Virus record (IMG/VR): IMGVR_UViG_3300037424_000485
Location: 64,001 to 128,000 of that record
DNA length: 64,000 nt
Source: a virus
Taxonomy: Duplodnaviria; Caudoviricetes
Strand: one strand, 5' to 3'
Below are positions 1-10,011 of the stretch, piece after piece. Numbering within the stretch: position 1 is the first letter of the stretch; each line of letters begins with the position of its first letter. The notes beneath the pieces were generated by a model. It was not told the DNA's origin and searched no databases. It saw nothing but the letters and a program-made list of their open reading frames with translations. Position numbers and translations under genes: made by a program.

Positions 1-43
1 GTGTTGGGTGTAAAAATAAATTACAAGATAAGGATGATGAGAT

Positions 44-433
44 ATGAAAGATAATATATGTGTTGTGTGTAAAAAAGAGGTTGAGGCTCATGAATTATGG
101 AAAGCAAGAGAAGGATGCACAGAAAAATGTAGATTGATATTTCATAAAAAAAGAGAACAATCTTTTAAAATAAAAAACTATAAGAAAATTATTAAAGCAT
201 ATTTTAAAAATATTAAGAATAAATTTATTGAATTTACTAAAGCTTTTACAATAAAACCAATACCATATCGTGATTATATTCCATCAGAAGTGTCAGATTT
301 ATCAAAAAGAGTTTCTTCTAGAAAATGGAGTAATTTATGTGGTATTACTAAAACAGGATCTATAGGTAGTGGAAATATAGAGATAGATGGAAAAATAATA
401 AAAACCAGAGGACATGTCTGGTATGAGGGATAA
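44..433 (+). CDS. hypothetical protein with N-terminal Cys cluster (possible Zn finger)
   Basis: 129-aa ORF with CVVC...GCTEKC; AGGA-like RBS upstream. Confidence 0.55.
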   Translation: MKDNICVVCKKEVEAHELWKAREGCTEKCRLIFHKKREQSFKIKNYKKIIKAYFKNIKNKFIEFTKAFTIKPIPYRDYIPSEVSDLSKRVSSRKWSNLCGITKTGSIGSGNIEIDGKIIKTRGHVWYEG

Positions 434-438
434 TTTTT

Positions 439-446
439 TATAAATA
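439..446 (+). promoter_or_regulatory. T4-type late promoter-like TATAAATA
   Basis: Exact TATAAATA upstream of the GIY-YIG gene; the same motif precedes other endonuclease genes (5445, 15057 minus, 21102, 43257 minus, 58070). Confidence 0.45.
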
Positions 447-460
447 CTATATAGCACGAC

Positions 461-1297
461 ATGTTAGATAAGGAGGTTGATATGTTTGTATATATGGTAA
501 CAAATATAGTAAATGGTAAAAGATATATTGGTAAGACCGTCAGAGAAAAAGTAAAAATTAGAAAAAGAGAGCACTATACCGCCGCTAGAAGAGGTGTTAA
601 TACATTATTCTGTAAGGCAATTAGAAAGTATGGTGAATATAATTTCAAATGGGATGTGTTATTTACTGGTACTTTACATTCAGAACTTCTTAAAAAAGAA
701 ATTGAATATATAAAAGAATATAATACATATTGTGATATAGGTCATGGCTATAATATGACACAAGGTGGTGAAGGGTGTATATGTCCTACAAAAAGAACCA
801 GAGATAAAATGAAACAAAACCAAATAGGGGATAAAAATTCTTTTTATGGTCACAAGCATAGTAAAAAGTCAATAATGACGATGGGTCATCCTAAAGGAAA
901 ACATCCATTTAAAGGAATGAAACATACTACAGAAACAAAAACTAAAATAAGCAACACTTTAAAGGGTAGGATAGTTCCAGAAGATGTTAAAACTAAAATA
1001 AGCAACACTTTAAAGGGCAGGGTATTTTCAGAAGACACTATACAAAAATTTAGAGATGCTAATAGAGGGGAAAACAACCCAATGTTTGGTCATGAATATA
1101 CAAAAGAAGAATTAGAGAGTAGAAGTAAAAAAAAGTACATGGTGACTCATATCAATGGTACAAAAGAAATTGTAAAAGTTTTGTCATTATGGTGTAAAGA
1201 AAATAACATTAATTATGGTTATTTTTGTAATAGATATAAGAATAATGGTAAATTCTATAAGGGGTCATATAAATTGGATGGTATAAAAGATGAGTAA
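461..1297 (+). CDS. GIY-YIG homing endonuclease with NUMOD3-type repeats
   Basis: FVYMVTNIVNGKRYIGKT motif, GYNMTQGGEG, and KTKISNTLKG repeated at a 51-nt period. Confidence 0.9.
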   Translation: MLDKEVDMFVYMVTNIVNGKRYIGKTVREKVKIRKREHYTAARRGVNTLFCKAIRKYGEYNFKWDVLFTGTLHSELLKKEIEYIKEYNTYCDIGHGYNMTQGGEGCICPTKRTRDKMKQNQIGDKNSFYGHKHSKKSIMTMGHPKGKHPFKGMKHTTETKTKISNTLKGRIVPEDVKTKISNTLKGRVFSEDTIQKFRDANRGENNPMFGHEYTKEELESRSKKKYMVTHINGTKEIVKVLSLWCKENNINYGYFCNRYKNNGKFYKGSYKLDGIKDE

Positions 1298-1823
1298 AAG
1301 TTCAAAAGGAGGTGCCTACGAGCGTGAAATAAGTCGCCTATTAACAAAATGGTTAACTGGTACTGAAAAACCATATGTATATTACAGAACACCATCAAGT
1401 GGTGCAATGCTTACTATTCATGGTGATATGAATATGTCAGGTGATATTATAGCAGTTAGACCAGAAGGTGAGTGGTTTACGACATTATATAGTGTTGAAT
1501 TAAAAAATGGGTATCCTAACACATCATTAGATTTGTTCTTCAAATATAATAAGGCCGACCATATTAAAGCATTCTGGGAGCAATGTGTTCGTGATGCTGA
1601 TATGTCCGATAAACGTCCAATGTTGATTTATAAGAAGAAAGGACTATCAACACAGTGGTTAGGGGTAGATAGTGATATATATAAAGATATCCTAAAAGAT
1701 ATTAGATGTATATCAATGACTTGGGGTAAAGAAGATAATTTACCACAATTATATCTATATGAAATGAAAGAATTTTTTGAACGAGTAACCCCATCAATAA
1801 TGAGGGATTTATTATGCATTTAA
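1290..1823 (+). CDS. Holliday junction resolvase-like PD-(D/E)xK nuclease
   Basis: SKGGAYEREI...RTPSSGA...GDII...SVELKNG pattern typical of phage Hjc-like resolvases. Confidence 0.7.
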   Translation: MSKSSKGGAYEREISRLLTKWLTGTEKPYVYYRTPSSGAMLTIHGDMNMSGDIIAVRPEGEWFTTLYSVELKNGYPNTSLDLFFKYNKADHIKAFWEQCVRDADMSDKRPMLIYKKKGLSTQWLGVDSDIYKDILKDIRCISMTWGKEDNLPQLYLYEMKEFFERVTPSIMRDLLCI

Positions 1824-2227
1824 CCCTTGATTTAGAAGAATTAAACATATTTGTGATGTTATATATAAAGTCTATCATTACAAATGAGCTTGATTATAAA
1901 AAAGGTATTTTTAAAAGTATTAAAGAGTCTGGAAATTCGGAGGCCATTCTATTATATGAAGATAGAGAGTTGAATATAAAGAATGGAAAATGGGATAGCT
2001 CAAGAGATATTATATTTAATGATCAAATTCACACACTACTACCAAGCATTAATATTAAATCTTTAAATGAGTTCGATGATTTTATAGGTATTATAAATGA
2101 TAGAAATCTATCAACTTGGTTGTTACAGAGATTTTACAGACAAAGCCCAAAAATGAGACTATATATAAAAAGATTTATTGATAAAATAGAAGGTAGTAAT
2201 GATACCACGATAAGGATTATTTTATGA
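1814..2227 (+). CDS. hypothetical protein
   Basis: 137-aa ORF overlapping its neighbours in operon fashion. Confidence 0.55.
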   Translation: MHLTLDLEELNIFVMLYIKSIITNELDYKKGIFKSIKESGNSEAILLYEDRELNIKNGKWDSSRDIIFNDQIHTLLPSINIKSLNEFDDFIGIINDRNLSTWLLQRFYRQSPKMRLYIKRFIDKIEGSNDTTIRIIL

Positions 2228-2661
2228 GCAAAATTACTATCGATAGAGATGAATTTGTTTATTTGGTTATGTCTTTTTTACTGGATAATATTCTTCATGA
2301 AGATGAGATGATAATCGATAATGAAGATTGGAAATTCATTATGGAGAAGATCAAATTGGGAGGTCTTAAAGCACATTTGATGCAAGCTTATGTACGTATG
2401 GACACTGAAAGAAGAGTAGACTATAAAAGAATAAAAAAAGTATTCTATGAAGAGAGCAAAACACAATATGTTATAGGTATAAATGGAACACCAGATCTAA
2501 AAGAAGATACTTTATACAAATATAAAATGAAGGATATGATAAGAGAGGTGGTTAGACTTATCATGAAGGAAAAAGAAAAGACTGGATTTACCGTAAGTAG
2601 TGAAAAAGTGGATAGAATGGTGGAAGAAGTAGTTAAAAAACAACAACAATTTGAGGAATAA
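2224..2661 (+). CDS. hypothetical protein
   Basis: 145-aa ORF, 4-nt overlap with the upstream gene. Confidence 0.6.
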   Translation: MSKITIDRDEFVYLVMSFLLDNILHEDEMIIDNEDWKFIMEKIKLGGLKAHLMQAYVRMDTERRVDYKRIKKVFYEESKTQYVIGINGTPDLKEDTLYKYKMKDMIREVVRLIMKEKEKTGFTVSSEKVDRMVEEVVKKQQQFEE

Positions 2662-2663
2662 AA

Positions 2664-2996
2664 ATGGCAGGAGAATTTACACAAGGTAGAAGTCATGAGA
2701 CTATTGCGGCATTGGATAAAGAGCAAGCAGTAGACGCACCAGTAGATAACAAATTTGAAACTGATGTTCCAGAAGTTAAAGCAGATGCACAGGTTAAAGT
2801 AGGGACTGAGGTATATCCGGTTTTTGATGTAGACTCAGAGGCTTTTAATCAGAACATGATGCATGGCAGAAAAAGAATCAGGTTTAAGACTGGAACACCA
2901 GCAGCTGAGTATATGAGAGCTAGTAGGTACAATAGACCTTTCTATATTAGAAATACAGATGCCAGAGGTCAGAAGTTCACTCGTAGAATAAAATGA
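2664..2996 (+). CDS. hypothetical protein
   Basis: 110-aa ORF with GAGGA RBS. Confidence 0.6.
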   Translation: MAGEFTQGRSHETIAALDKEQAVDAPVDNKFETDVPEVKADAQVKVGTEVYPVFDVDSEAFNQNMMHGRKRIRFKTGTPAAEYMRASRYNRPFYIRNTDARGQKFTRRIK

Positions 2997-3038
2997 TCAC
3001 AAATTATAGTTAGGCATTCATTGTCTAAAATATAATAT

Positions 3039-3941
3039 ATGTCAAGAAAAATAACTACCTATGACCAGCTAGATAGTTTTCATATTACCAGAAATGGCAA
3101 TATATCAACAAAAGATGGTATAATTATAGAATTTGAAGATAATTGTAGTGTATGTGGTGAGTTATATTATAGGAGACAAAAAAGAGATAGTCTAATATGC
3201 TCTTTAGATTGTAAAAAGAATATAGAAGATAAAGAAATGATAAATTTATTATCTATTGATGGTTATAAAGTATTGGGCCTATATTCTAAAAACAAGAGAA
3301 GATATGCAAAAATGATATGTCCTTTTGGACATATCAATAACATTATGGCTTTTAATTTTAAAAATGGTCATAGATGTAAAAAATGTGCATATACTGGTAA
3401 TAAAAATAGCCATTGGAAAGGCGGTGTGGTTACTCGTAACATTCCATTATATAATACATATTATAAACAGTTGGATACATATGAAGAAGTTAGAAGATCA
3501 TCAATAGATGAAAACATATTAGAAGTAAGATGTACATATTGTAATAAATGGTATATACCAAAAAGAACATCTGTTAGAAGTAGGATACAATCTATTATTG
3601 GACAGACTACAGGAGAGAATAGATTTTATTGTTCTAATGGATGTAAAGGTAGCTGTGAAATATTTAATCAACAAACACAAATAAAAGGTCATAAACCCAA
3701 TAAATACACAAGAGAAGTTCAACCGCAACTAAGAAAGATAGTATTAGAGCGTGATAATTGGAAATGTCAGAAGTGTAGTGATATCAATATCCAATTACAC
3801 TGCCATCATATTGACCCTGTTGTAAACAACCCTATTGAAAGTGCAGATATTGATAACTGTATTACATTATGTAAAAAATGTCATAAGAAGGTTCACAAAC
3901 AAGTAGGTTGCGGGTATAATGATTTAAAATGTGGGCGATAG
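3039..3941 (+). CDS. HNH homing endonuclease (window family, subtype A)
   Basis: EVRCTYCNKWYIP...REVQPQLRKIVLERDNWKCQKC...HCHHID...DNCITLCKKCHKKVH. Confidence 0.85.
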   Translation: MSRKITTYDQLDSFHITRNGNISTKDGIIIEFEDNCSVCGELYYRRQKRDSLICSLDCKKNIEDKEMINLLSIDGYKVLGLYSKNKRRYAKMICPFGHINNIMAFNFKNGHRCKKCAYTGNKNSHWKGGVVTRNIPLYNTYYKQLDTYEEVRRSSIDENILEVRCTYCNKWYIPKRTSVRSRIQSIIGQTTGENRFYCSNGCKGSCEIFNQQTQIKGHKPNKYTREVQPQLRKIVLERDNWKCQKCSDINIQLHCHHIDPVVNNPIESADIDNCITLCKKCHKKVHKQVGCGYNDLKCGR

Positions 3942-3971
3942 TGTTAAATTTTAAGACAAAAGGATATAAAT

Positions 3972-4481
3972 ATGTATTTAGAACTAAGTGCAAGACAAAC
4001 AGGCAAGACCACAAGACTCATAGAACATGTTATAGAACGGCTTCAAAATGATGCACGTAAATATGTTGCTATCATAGGTATGGGCTATAGTCACACTGAT
4101 GCTATAAAGAAAAGATTCTCTCATGCCCTTCCATGGCATGAGTTTAAACATATTAGATTCTCTTCATCATATATGGGTCTGGTGCCAGAGTTATATGATA
4201 CTGTTTATTTTGATGAATTTTGTTCTCATATAAGTATTCCTATCATACCTAATGGTTATTACTCATCAACCCCCACTAGTTTAGATAATTCATTTCTTAG
4301 AGAGTTGATAAATTACAACAACGGTCATTATGAGACATACAAAAATCATAAGATCGAAGAAGATTGGATTAATAATATTGGGGATGTAAATATGGATATT
4401 GGATTTACTCTAAAAACATTCTATGATAATTTTCCCCCACCTAACAGAAGCGTAGTACCAGAAGAATTATTCCAAATGTAA
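3972..4481 (+). CDS. P-loop protein (terminase ATPase-like N-terminus) with PEELF tail
   Basis: ARQTGKTT Walker A-like and VYFDEF Walker B-like motifs; ends VVPEELFQM. Confidence 0.55.
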   Translation: MYLELSARQTGKTTRLIEHVIERLQNDARKYVAIIGMGYSHTDAIKKRFSHALPWHEFKHIRFSSSYMGLVPELYDTVYFDEFCSHISIPIIPNGYYSSTPTSLDNSFLRELINYNNGHYETYKNHKIEEDWINNIGDVNMDIGFTLKTFYDNFPPPNRSVVPEELFQM

Positions 4482-4490
4482 AGGAGAAGC

Positions 4491-5432
4491 ATGGATTCTG
4501 TATTAATTGTATGTAATGGTGCAAAACACTATGGCTTATCATCCACCATCGATCATGAAAATAGCCTTTTTGCCGATGGCGAGGTTAATGTTCGTATAAA
4601 AGACTCAGTAAGAAATAAAAAAATTACCATACTACAGGGGTTTGAGTTACCTAACACCCACTTGATGGAACTTATCATAACAATAGATGCTGCTAAAAGA
4701 AGTGGTGCTCAAGAAGTAAATGTCATAATACCCATGTTCCCTTATGCAAGACAGGATCGAGTATCGAATAGTGGATGTCCTATATCAGGCCGTGTAGTAT
4801 GTGATATGCTCAATGCTGTCAATCCTGATAGGGTTGTATGCTTTGACCTTCATGCAGATCAGATACAGGGATTTATGGGTAATAAATGTCAATTTGACCA
4901 TATACCACTCACATCATTCTTATCATACCATCTAAAACGACACATACCAAATATAGAAACTTTCTCATTTTGTGCTCCTGATGCGGGTGCGATAAAAAGG
5001 ACATCAAAGCTGAAAGATATGTGTGGGGCCGTTGATATGTGTTTTATGAATAAAATTAGAACAAGAGCAAATGTTGTTGATTCCATACAGATCATTGGTG
5101 ATGTTGAGGGTAAGAATATAATACTTGTTGATGACATAATAGATACTGGAAATACAATTTTATCAGCAATAAAAGTGTTGAGAGATAATGGTGCTAATAA
5201 TGTAAAGACTGTGTTCAGTCATGGTATATTCTCATCACCTGCATATTCTAATCTAAATGGTGAGGATATATATGTTACAGATACAATGTGTATTAAAGAT
5301 AAAGACAAAAATGAACAATTCAAACCAAAAAATCTAAATATACTACCTATAAAGAATTTTCTATTAGAACTTATATCATGTATTAATGAAAAAAAACAAC
5401 TAGGAACTTTATTTAAAAATTGGTCAGAATAA
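4491..5432 (+). CDS. prs: ribose-phosphate pyrophosphokinase
   Basis: FADGEVNVRI, PMFPYARQDR, DLHADQIQGF, APDAGA, LVDDIIDTGNT motifs. Confidence 0.95.
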   Translation: MDSVLIVCNGAKHYGLSSTIDHENSLFADGEVNVRIKDSVRNKKITILQGFELPNTHLMELIITIDAAKRSGAQEVNVIIPMFPYARQDRVSNSGCPISGRVVCDMLNAVNPDRVVCFDLHADQIQGFMGNKCQFDHIPLTSFLSYHLKRHIPNIETFSFCAPDAGAIKRTSKLKDMCGAVDMCFMNKIRTRANVVDSIQIIGDVEGKNIILVDDIIDTGNTILSAIKVLRDNGANNVKTVFSHGIFSSPAYSNLNGEDIYVTDTMCIKDKDKNEQFKPKNLNILPIKNFLLELISCINEKKQLGTLFKNWSE

Positions 5433-5560
5433 TGAAAAATTTCTTATAAATAAGTATAGAGAGACTATAAGGTTGCTCCTTTAGATGATTGTTAATCATA
5501 CTAGGATAAGAACCTTTAATCTTATCCTATCTCTTTCAAATACCTATCAAGAGGTATATA

Positions 5561-6666
5561 ATGACGGTAATAACAACAGAAGAATTTATTAAAAGATCCA
5601 AAGAAGTGCATGGCGATAGATATGATTATAGTGTATCTACATATAATGGGTTTAGAAAACATGTGAATATTGTATGTTCTATACATGGTATATTTAAACA
5701 AACCCCTGTTAAACATTACAGTGGTAATGGTTGTCATAAATGTGGACAAATCTCTTCTAATAAAAAAACACCAAAACAACAGAAGATTTCATAAAACAAG
5801 CATCCGTTAAACACAATAATAAATATAACTACATGTTGGTCGATTATATTAAATCATACAATAATATAAAAATAATATGCCCTGTTCATGGTATATTTGA
5901 ACAAACACCTAGAAGACATCTTAACGGTGGGTGCTTGAAATGTGGTATAGATATAAGAACAAAAACAACGGATATATTTATAAAAGAATCTATTATTATA
6001 CATGGTGATAGGTATGATTACTCATTAGTTGAATATATAACAGCTCATATTAAAGTTAAAATTATATGTTTGGTTCATGGTGTATTTGAACAGACACCCA
6101 AACTACATCTTAGATCGTCTGGGTGTCCTATGTGTTTGGGTATATTTATTGAAAGATATAATATTAACAATATACCTATATATCAAACCTATGTTCAACA
6201 ATTAGAATTATATGAAGATATTAGAAGATCATCTTATGATAAAAATATCCTTGAGATAAGATGCACTTATTGCAACAAATGGTATATCCCAAAATTAAGT
6301 CATGTCCAGACACGATTAAAAGCTATATATGGAAAAATAAAAGGAGAAAGCAGATTTTATTGTTCCGATGGATGTAAATCTAACTGTGATTTGTATGCAC
6401 AGAGTAAATATCCCAAAGGACATAAAATAAATAAACACTCAAGAGAAGTACAGCCACAACTAAGAAAATTAGTATTAGAAAGAGATAATTGGACATGCCA
6501 AAAATGTAGCAGTGATAAAGATTTACACTGTCATCACTACGAAGGCATAGAAATAAATCCTGTTGAGAGTGCTGATATAGACAATTGTATTACTCTTTGT
6601 AAAAAATGTCACAATGCTGTTCATAAACAAGATGATTGTAACATGAGAAGGAATAAATGTAAATAA
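5561..6666 (+). pseudogene. frameshifted HNH endonuclease with repeated Cys/His N-terminal modules (subtype A)
   Basis: ORFs 5561-5794 and 5833-6666 share the module CxxHGxFxQTPxxH...GC; adding one A to the A7 run near 5762-5768 joins them. Confidence 0.75.
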
Positions 6667-6669
6667 TGA

Positions 6670-6789
6670 CAACAATACAAAACAAAAAGTATAGTTGTGC
6701 TTCCACTGACGAATTTTATTAGTGATATTATATTATGTATAGATAACCAGAGACAATTTGGTAAAATGTTCAAGAATTGGTCTGAGTAG
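6670..6789 (+). pseudogene. displaced homologous copy of the prs 3' end
   Basis: Translates QQYKTKSIVVLPLTNFISDIILCIDNQRQFGKMFKNWSE*, ungapped 18/39 identical to the Prs C-terminus; no start codon for the segment. Confidence 0.9.
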
Positions 6790-6792
6790 AGG

Positions 6793-6821
6793 TTTACATA
6801 TCTACTACATACATGTATAGT
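6793..6821 (+). promoter_or_regulatory. sigma70-like promoter
   Basis: TTTACA-17 nt-TATAGT upstream of rnh. Confidence 0.55.
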
Positions 6822-6828
6822 GTAACAT

Positions 6829-7716
6829 ATGAAAACAACAATATATATAGATGCAAACAACCTAGCAATCAGATGTGCCTTTAGTCAGGATGTATATCAA
6901 GTTGGTTTAAATGATGATTATTATATAGATTGGGAGCATTGGAGCTATCTGGTATTCTCTAATATCTATAAAGCTCTCAATCATGTTACCAATTGTAATG
7001 AGATAATCTTGGCTGTAGATGCAAAGGTGTCATGGCGTAAAGATGTATGGTCTAGATATAAAGAGTCAAGGTCTAACAAAAGAGCCACAGGAAAACCTTT
7101 TGATTGGCCCTTATTCTTCGAAAAATATGCAGAACTACAAGAAGAATTTAAAAAACACTTTCCATTTAAAATATTAGCTATAGATAAGTGTGAAGCTGAT
7201 GATATTATTGGAGTTCTTGTTTTAAACAACCCCGAAAAATCACAAATTATATCTTCAGATAAAGATTTCATACAATTATATATTCCAGATAGGGTAAGTA
7301 TATACAGTCCTATGACAAGGACGAATCTGTTACATCCAAATACAGAAATGTTTCTTGTAGAGCAGAGTCTTATAGGACAGAGCAAAGATGACATATTCAA
7401 TATAATCACACCATTAGACCATCCTATAGGTAAAAGAAAACCAGGATATGGGGAAAAAGCTTTAGATAAAACCATAGCTTATGGATGGAAGAGATGGCTG
7501 AAGGATAAAAAACTAGAAGAGAGGTATGAATTTAACCGCAATCTTATGGATTTCAGGCGTATTCCAGAGCCTATTAAAGAAAATATTATCACGGCGCGTG
7601 AGAAATACGAAACACCGCATCCAGAAAATATTTACAAATTTTTTAAAGAGCATCATTGGCCTGAGTATCTTGAAAATTTAACAAATGTTGAAAATAGATT
7701 ATATGAGCTGTATTGA
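6829..7716 (+). CDS. rnh: T4 RNase H-like 5'-3' exonuclease/flap endonuclease
   Basis: IYIDANNL, LAVDAKVSWRK...YKESR, CEADDIIG, IISSDKDFIQL, LIGQSKDDI motifs. Confidence 0.85.
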   Translation: MKTTIYIDANNLAIRCAFSQDVYQVGLNDDYYIDWEHWSYLVFSNIYKALNHVTNCNEIILAVDAKVSWRKDVWSRYKESRSNKRATGKPFDWPLFFEKYAELQEEFKKHFPFKILAIDKCEADDIIGVLVLNNPEKSQIISSDKDFIQLYIPDRVSIYSPMTRTNLLHPNTEMFLVEQSLIGQSKDDIFNIITPLDHPIGKRKPGYGEKALDKTIAYGWKRWLKDKKLEERYEFNRNLMDFRRIPEPIKENIITAREKYETPHPENIYKFFKEHHWPEYLENLTNVENRLYELY

Positions 7717-8612
7717 TGAAAATAACCTGGGATAATATAGATAAATTTTATATTACACCATCTGGAAATTTTAGATATAATAATGTAACATACGAATTAA
7801 AGAATGAGTGTGAATATTGTGGCGATCCATATTTTACAGCAAAAAGATTAGGTAATAATAAATGCTGTTCTAGATCTTGTATATCAAAAATAAATAGCAT
7901 GGGTGAAAAAAATACATTTTATGGTAAAACACATTCAAAAGAATCTTTAGAAAAAATGTCAGGTATTAATCATCACATGTATGGGAAGAAACACACAGAA
8001 GAAACACTAGAAAAGATATCAAAGAGTAGTATAGAATGGCATAGCAATAATAAACACCCTATGCTTGGAAGATATGGTTTAAAAAATCCTAATTGGAAGA
8101 ACGGATATCATAGTAATAATATACCATCGTATAATGTATATTCACATCAGTTAGAGCCATTTGAGAAAACAAGAAGATGTGCTGATGATGAAAATATATT
8201 AGAGGTAAGATGTACATATTGTAATAAATGGTATATTCCTAATAGAGTAAGTGTTAGTAATAGGATACTATCTATCACAGGATATCATACCGGGGAGAAT
8301 AGATTTTATTGTTCTGATGAATGTAAAGGAAGTTGTGATATTTTTAGACAAAGAATAAATCCAAAAGGATATAAGACTAATAATTATAAAAGAGAAGTAC
8401 AGGCACAACTAAGAAAATTAGTTTTAGAAAGAGACAACTGGACATGTCAGAAGTGTAATAATATAGAAAATTTACACTGTCATCACTTTGAGGGTATCGA
8501 AATAAACCCAATTGAAAGTGCTGATATAGACAATTGTATTACATTATGTAAAAAGTGTCATAAAGAAGTACATAAACAAGATGGCTGTAATATGAAAAAG
8601 AAAAGATGTTAA
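7713..8612 (+). CDS. HNH homing endonuclease with NUMOD3 motifs (subtype A)
   Basis: YGKTHSKES / YGKKHTEET motifs plus the family C-terminal HNH module. Confidence 0.85.
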   Translation: MMKITWDNIDKFYITPSGNFRYNNVTYELKNECEYCGDPYFTAKRLGNNKCCSRSCISKINSMGEKNTFYGKTHSKESLEKMSGINHHMYGKKHTEETLEKISKSSIEWHSNNKHPMLGRYGLKNPNWKNGYHSNNIPSYNVYSHQLEPFEKTRRCADDENILEVRCTYCNKWYIPNRVSVSNRILSITGYHTGENRFYCSDECKGSCDIFRQRINPKGYKTNNYKREVQAQLRKLVLERDNWTCQKCNNIENLHCHHFEGIEINPIESADIDNCITLCKKCHKEVHKQDGCNMKKKRC

Positions 8613-8626
8613 ATAGGAGATAATAA

Positions 8627-9415
8627 GTGAGTGATGAAAATGTAGAGATATTAGTGATTGCAGATCCACATGATCAACCGGGAACAGATCAGTCAAGGTT
8701 TGAGATAGCCGGAAGATTCGCATTAGAGAGACAACCAGAATATATTGTATGTTTGGGTGATTTTGCAGAGATGGGAAGTTTGAGTAAGTATGATGTTGGT
8801 AGAGTATCAGCAGAGGGTAAAAGATACTGTGATGACATTGCATCAGCTCATAAAGCATTGGCATTATTTAATAAACCAATTGAAAAATATAATAATACAC
8901 ATATTCAATGGAAGAAAAAAACTTACAAACCAAAGATGATTATGTGTGCTGGCAATCATGATTATGCAAGAATAATCAGAGCAGCAGCGGCATCACCTTC
9001 TCTATACGGAACTTTAAAGGTAGAAGACCTAAAATATGCTGAATATGGGTGGGATGTTAAGAAATTTCTAGAACCTGCTATCGTAGAAGGTATCGCATTC
9101 TCACACTACTTTACTTCTGGTGTTATGGGACTGCCAATAGGCGGTGTAAACCATGCCAGATCTCTTTTAATCAAGAAATTCTCATCATGTGTAGTTGGTC
9201 ATTCACATCTACGTGGATTTGCTGAAGAATATACAGTAGATGGTCGTAAGATTATGGGTCTTGTAGCTGGATGTTATTTTGACTATGAGATGGAATGGAC
9301 AACAGAAAATGATAGATATTGGCGTGGGTTGGTATACCTCCATGATGTACAAAATGGCATGTCAGAACCTGAGTTTCTTAACCTAGATACATACCTTAAA
9401 CCAAAATTTGGGTGA
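8627..9415 (+). CDS. calcineurin-like metallophosphoesterase
   Basis: IADPH, CLGDFAEM, GNHD, AFSHYF, VGHSH motifs. Confidence 0.85.
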   Translation: MSDENVEILVIADPHDQPGTDQSRFEIAGRFALERQPEYIVCLGDFAEMGSLSKYDVGRVSAEGKRYCDDIASAHKALALFNKPIEKYNNTHIQWKKKTYKPKMIMCAGNHDYARIIRAAAASPSLYGTLKVEDLKYAEYGWDVKKFLEPAIVEGIAFSHYFTSGVMGLPIGGVNHARSLLIKKFSSCVVGHSHLRGFAEEYTVDGRKIMGLVAGCYFDYEMEWTTENDRYWRGLVYLHDVQNGMSEPEFLNLDTYLKPKFG

Positions 9416-9418
9416 TAA

Positions 9419-9853
9419 ATGAAAATAAGAATTAAATATCATAATAAAGATCTTACCCGTATTCAAGATATAAATATCGGTGATTGGCACGATCTAAGAG
9501 TAGCAGAAGATGTTATAATGACCAAGGGTGAATTTGTTATAGTGAGCCTTGGTGTGTCTATGGAACTGCCATCTGGTTATGAGGCCCATGTTGTTCCTCG
9601 TAGCAGCTTGTTTAAGAAATATGGTGTGATCCAGGCTAACCATATGGGTGTGATAGATCAATCATATATGGGTGATGATGATATATGGATGTTCCCTGCT
9701 ATTGCAATGAGGGATGTGTTCATACCATTTAATGAGCGTATTTGTCAGTTTAGATTAGTAGAAAAACAGCCAGTTCTAGAATTTGAAGAAGTTGAGACAT
9801 TAGGCAATACTAATCGTGGCGGCCTTGGTGAGGGAACTAGGCATATAAAATGA
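9419..9853 (+). CDS. dut: trimeric dUTPase
   Basis: [32 protein letters not shown] motifs. Confidence 0.85.
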   Translation: MKIRIKYHNKDLTRIQDINIGDWHDLRVAEDVIMTKGEFVIVSLGVSMELPSGYEAHVVPRSSLFKKYGVIQANHMGVIDQSYMGDDDIWMFPAIAMRDVFIPFNERICQFRLVEKQPVLEFEEVETLGNTNRGGLGEGTRHIK

Positions 9854-10011
9854 TTACATTGAAAGATAGATTGGGTAGTAATATGTGGGGGTAGATATGA
9901 GGTTGTAGCTCATGTAGTGGATAATCATAGAAATATGGTGATGTTCCGTTGTACAAAAAATAAAGACAGATCATATCAACTAAGATATGGACAAATATAA
10001 GGATATTAAAA

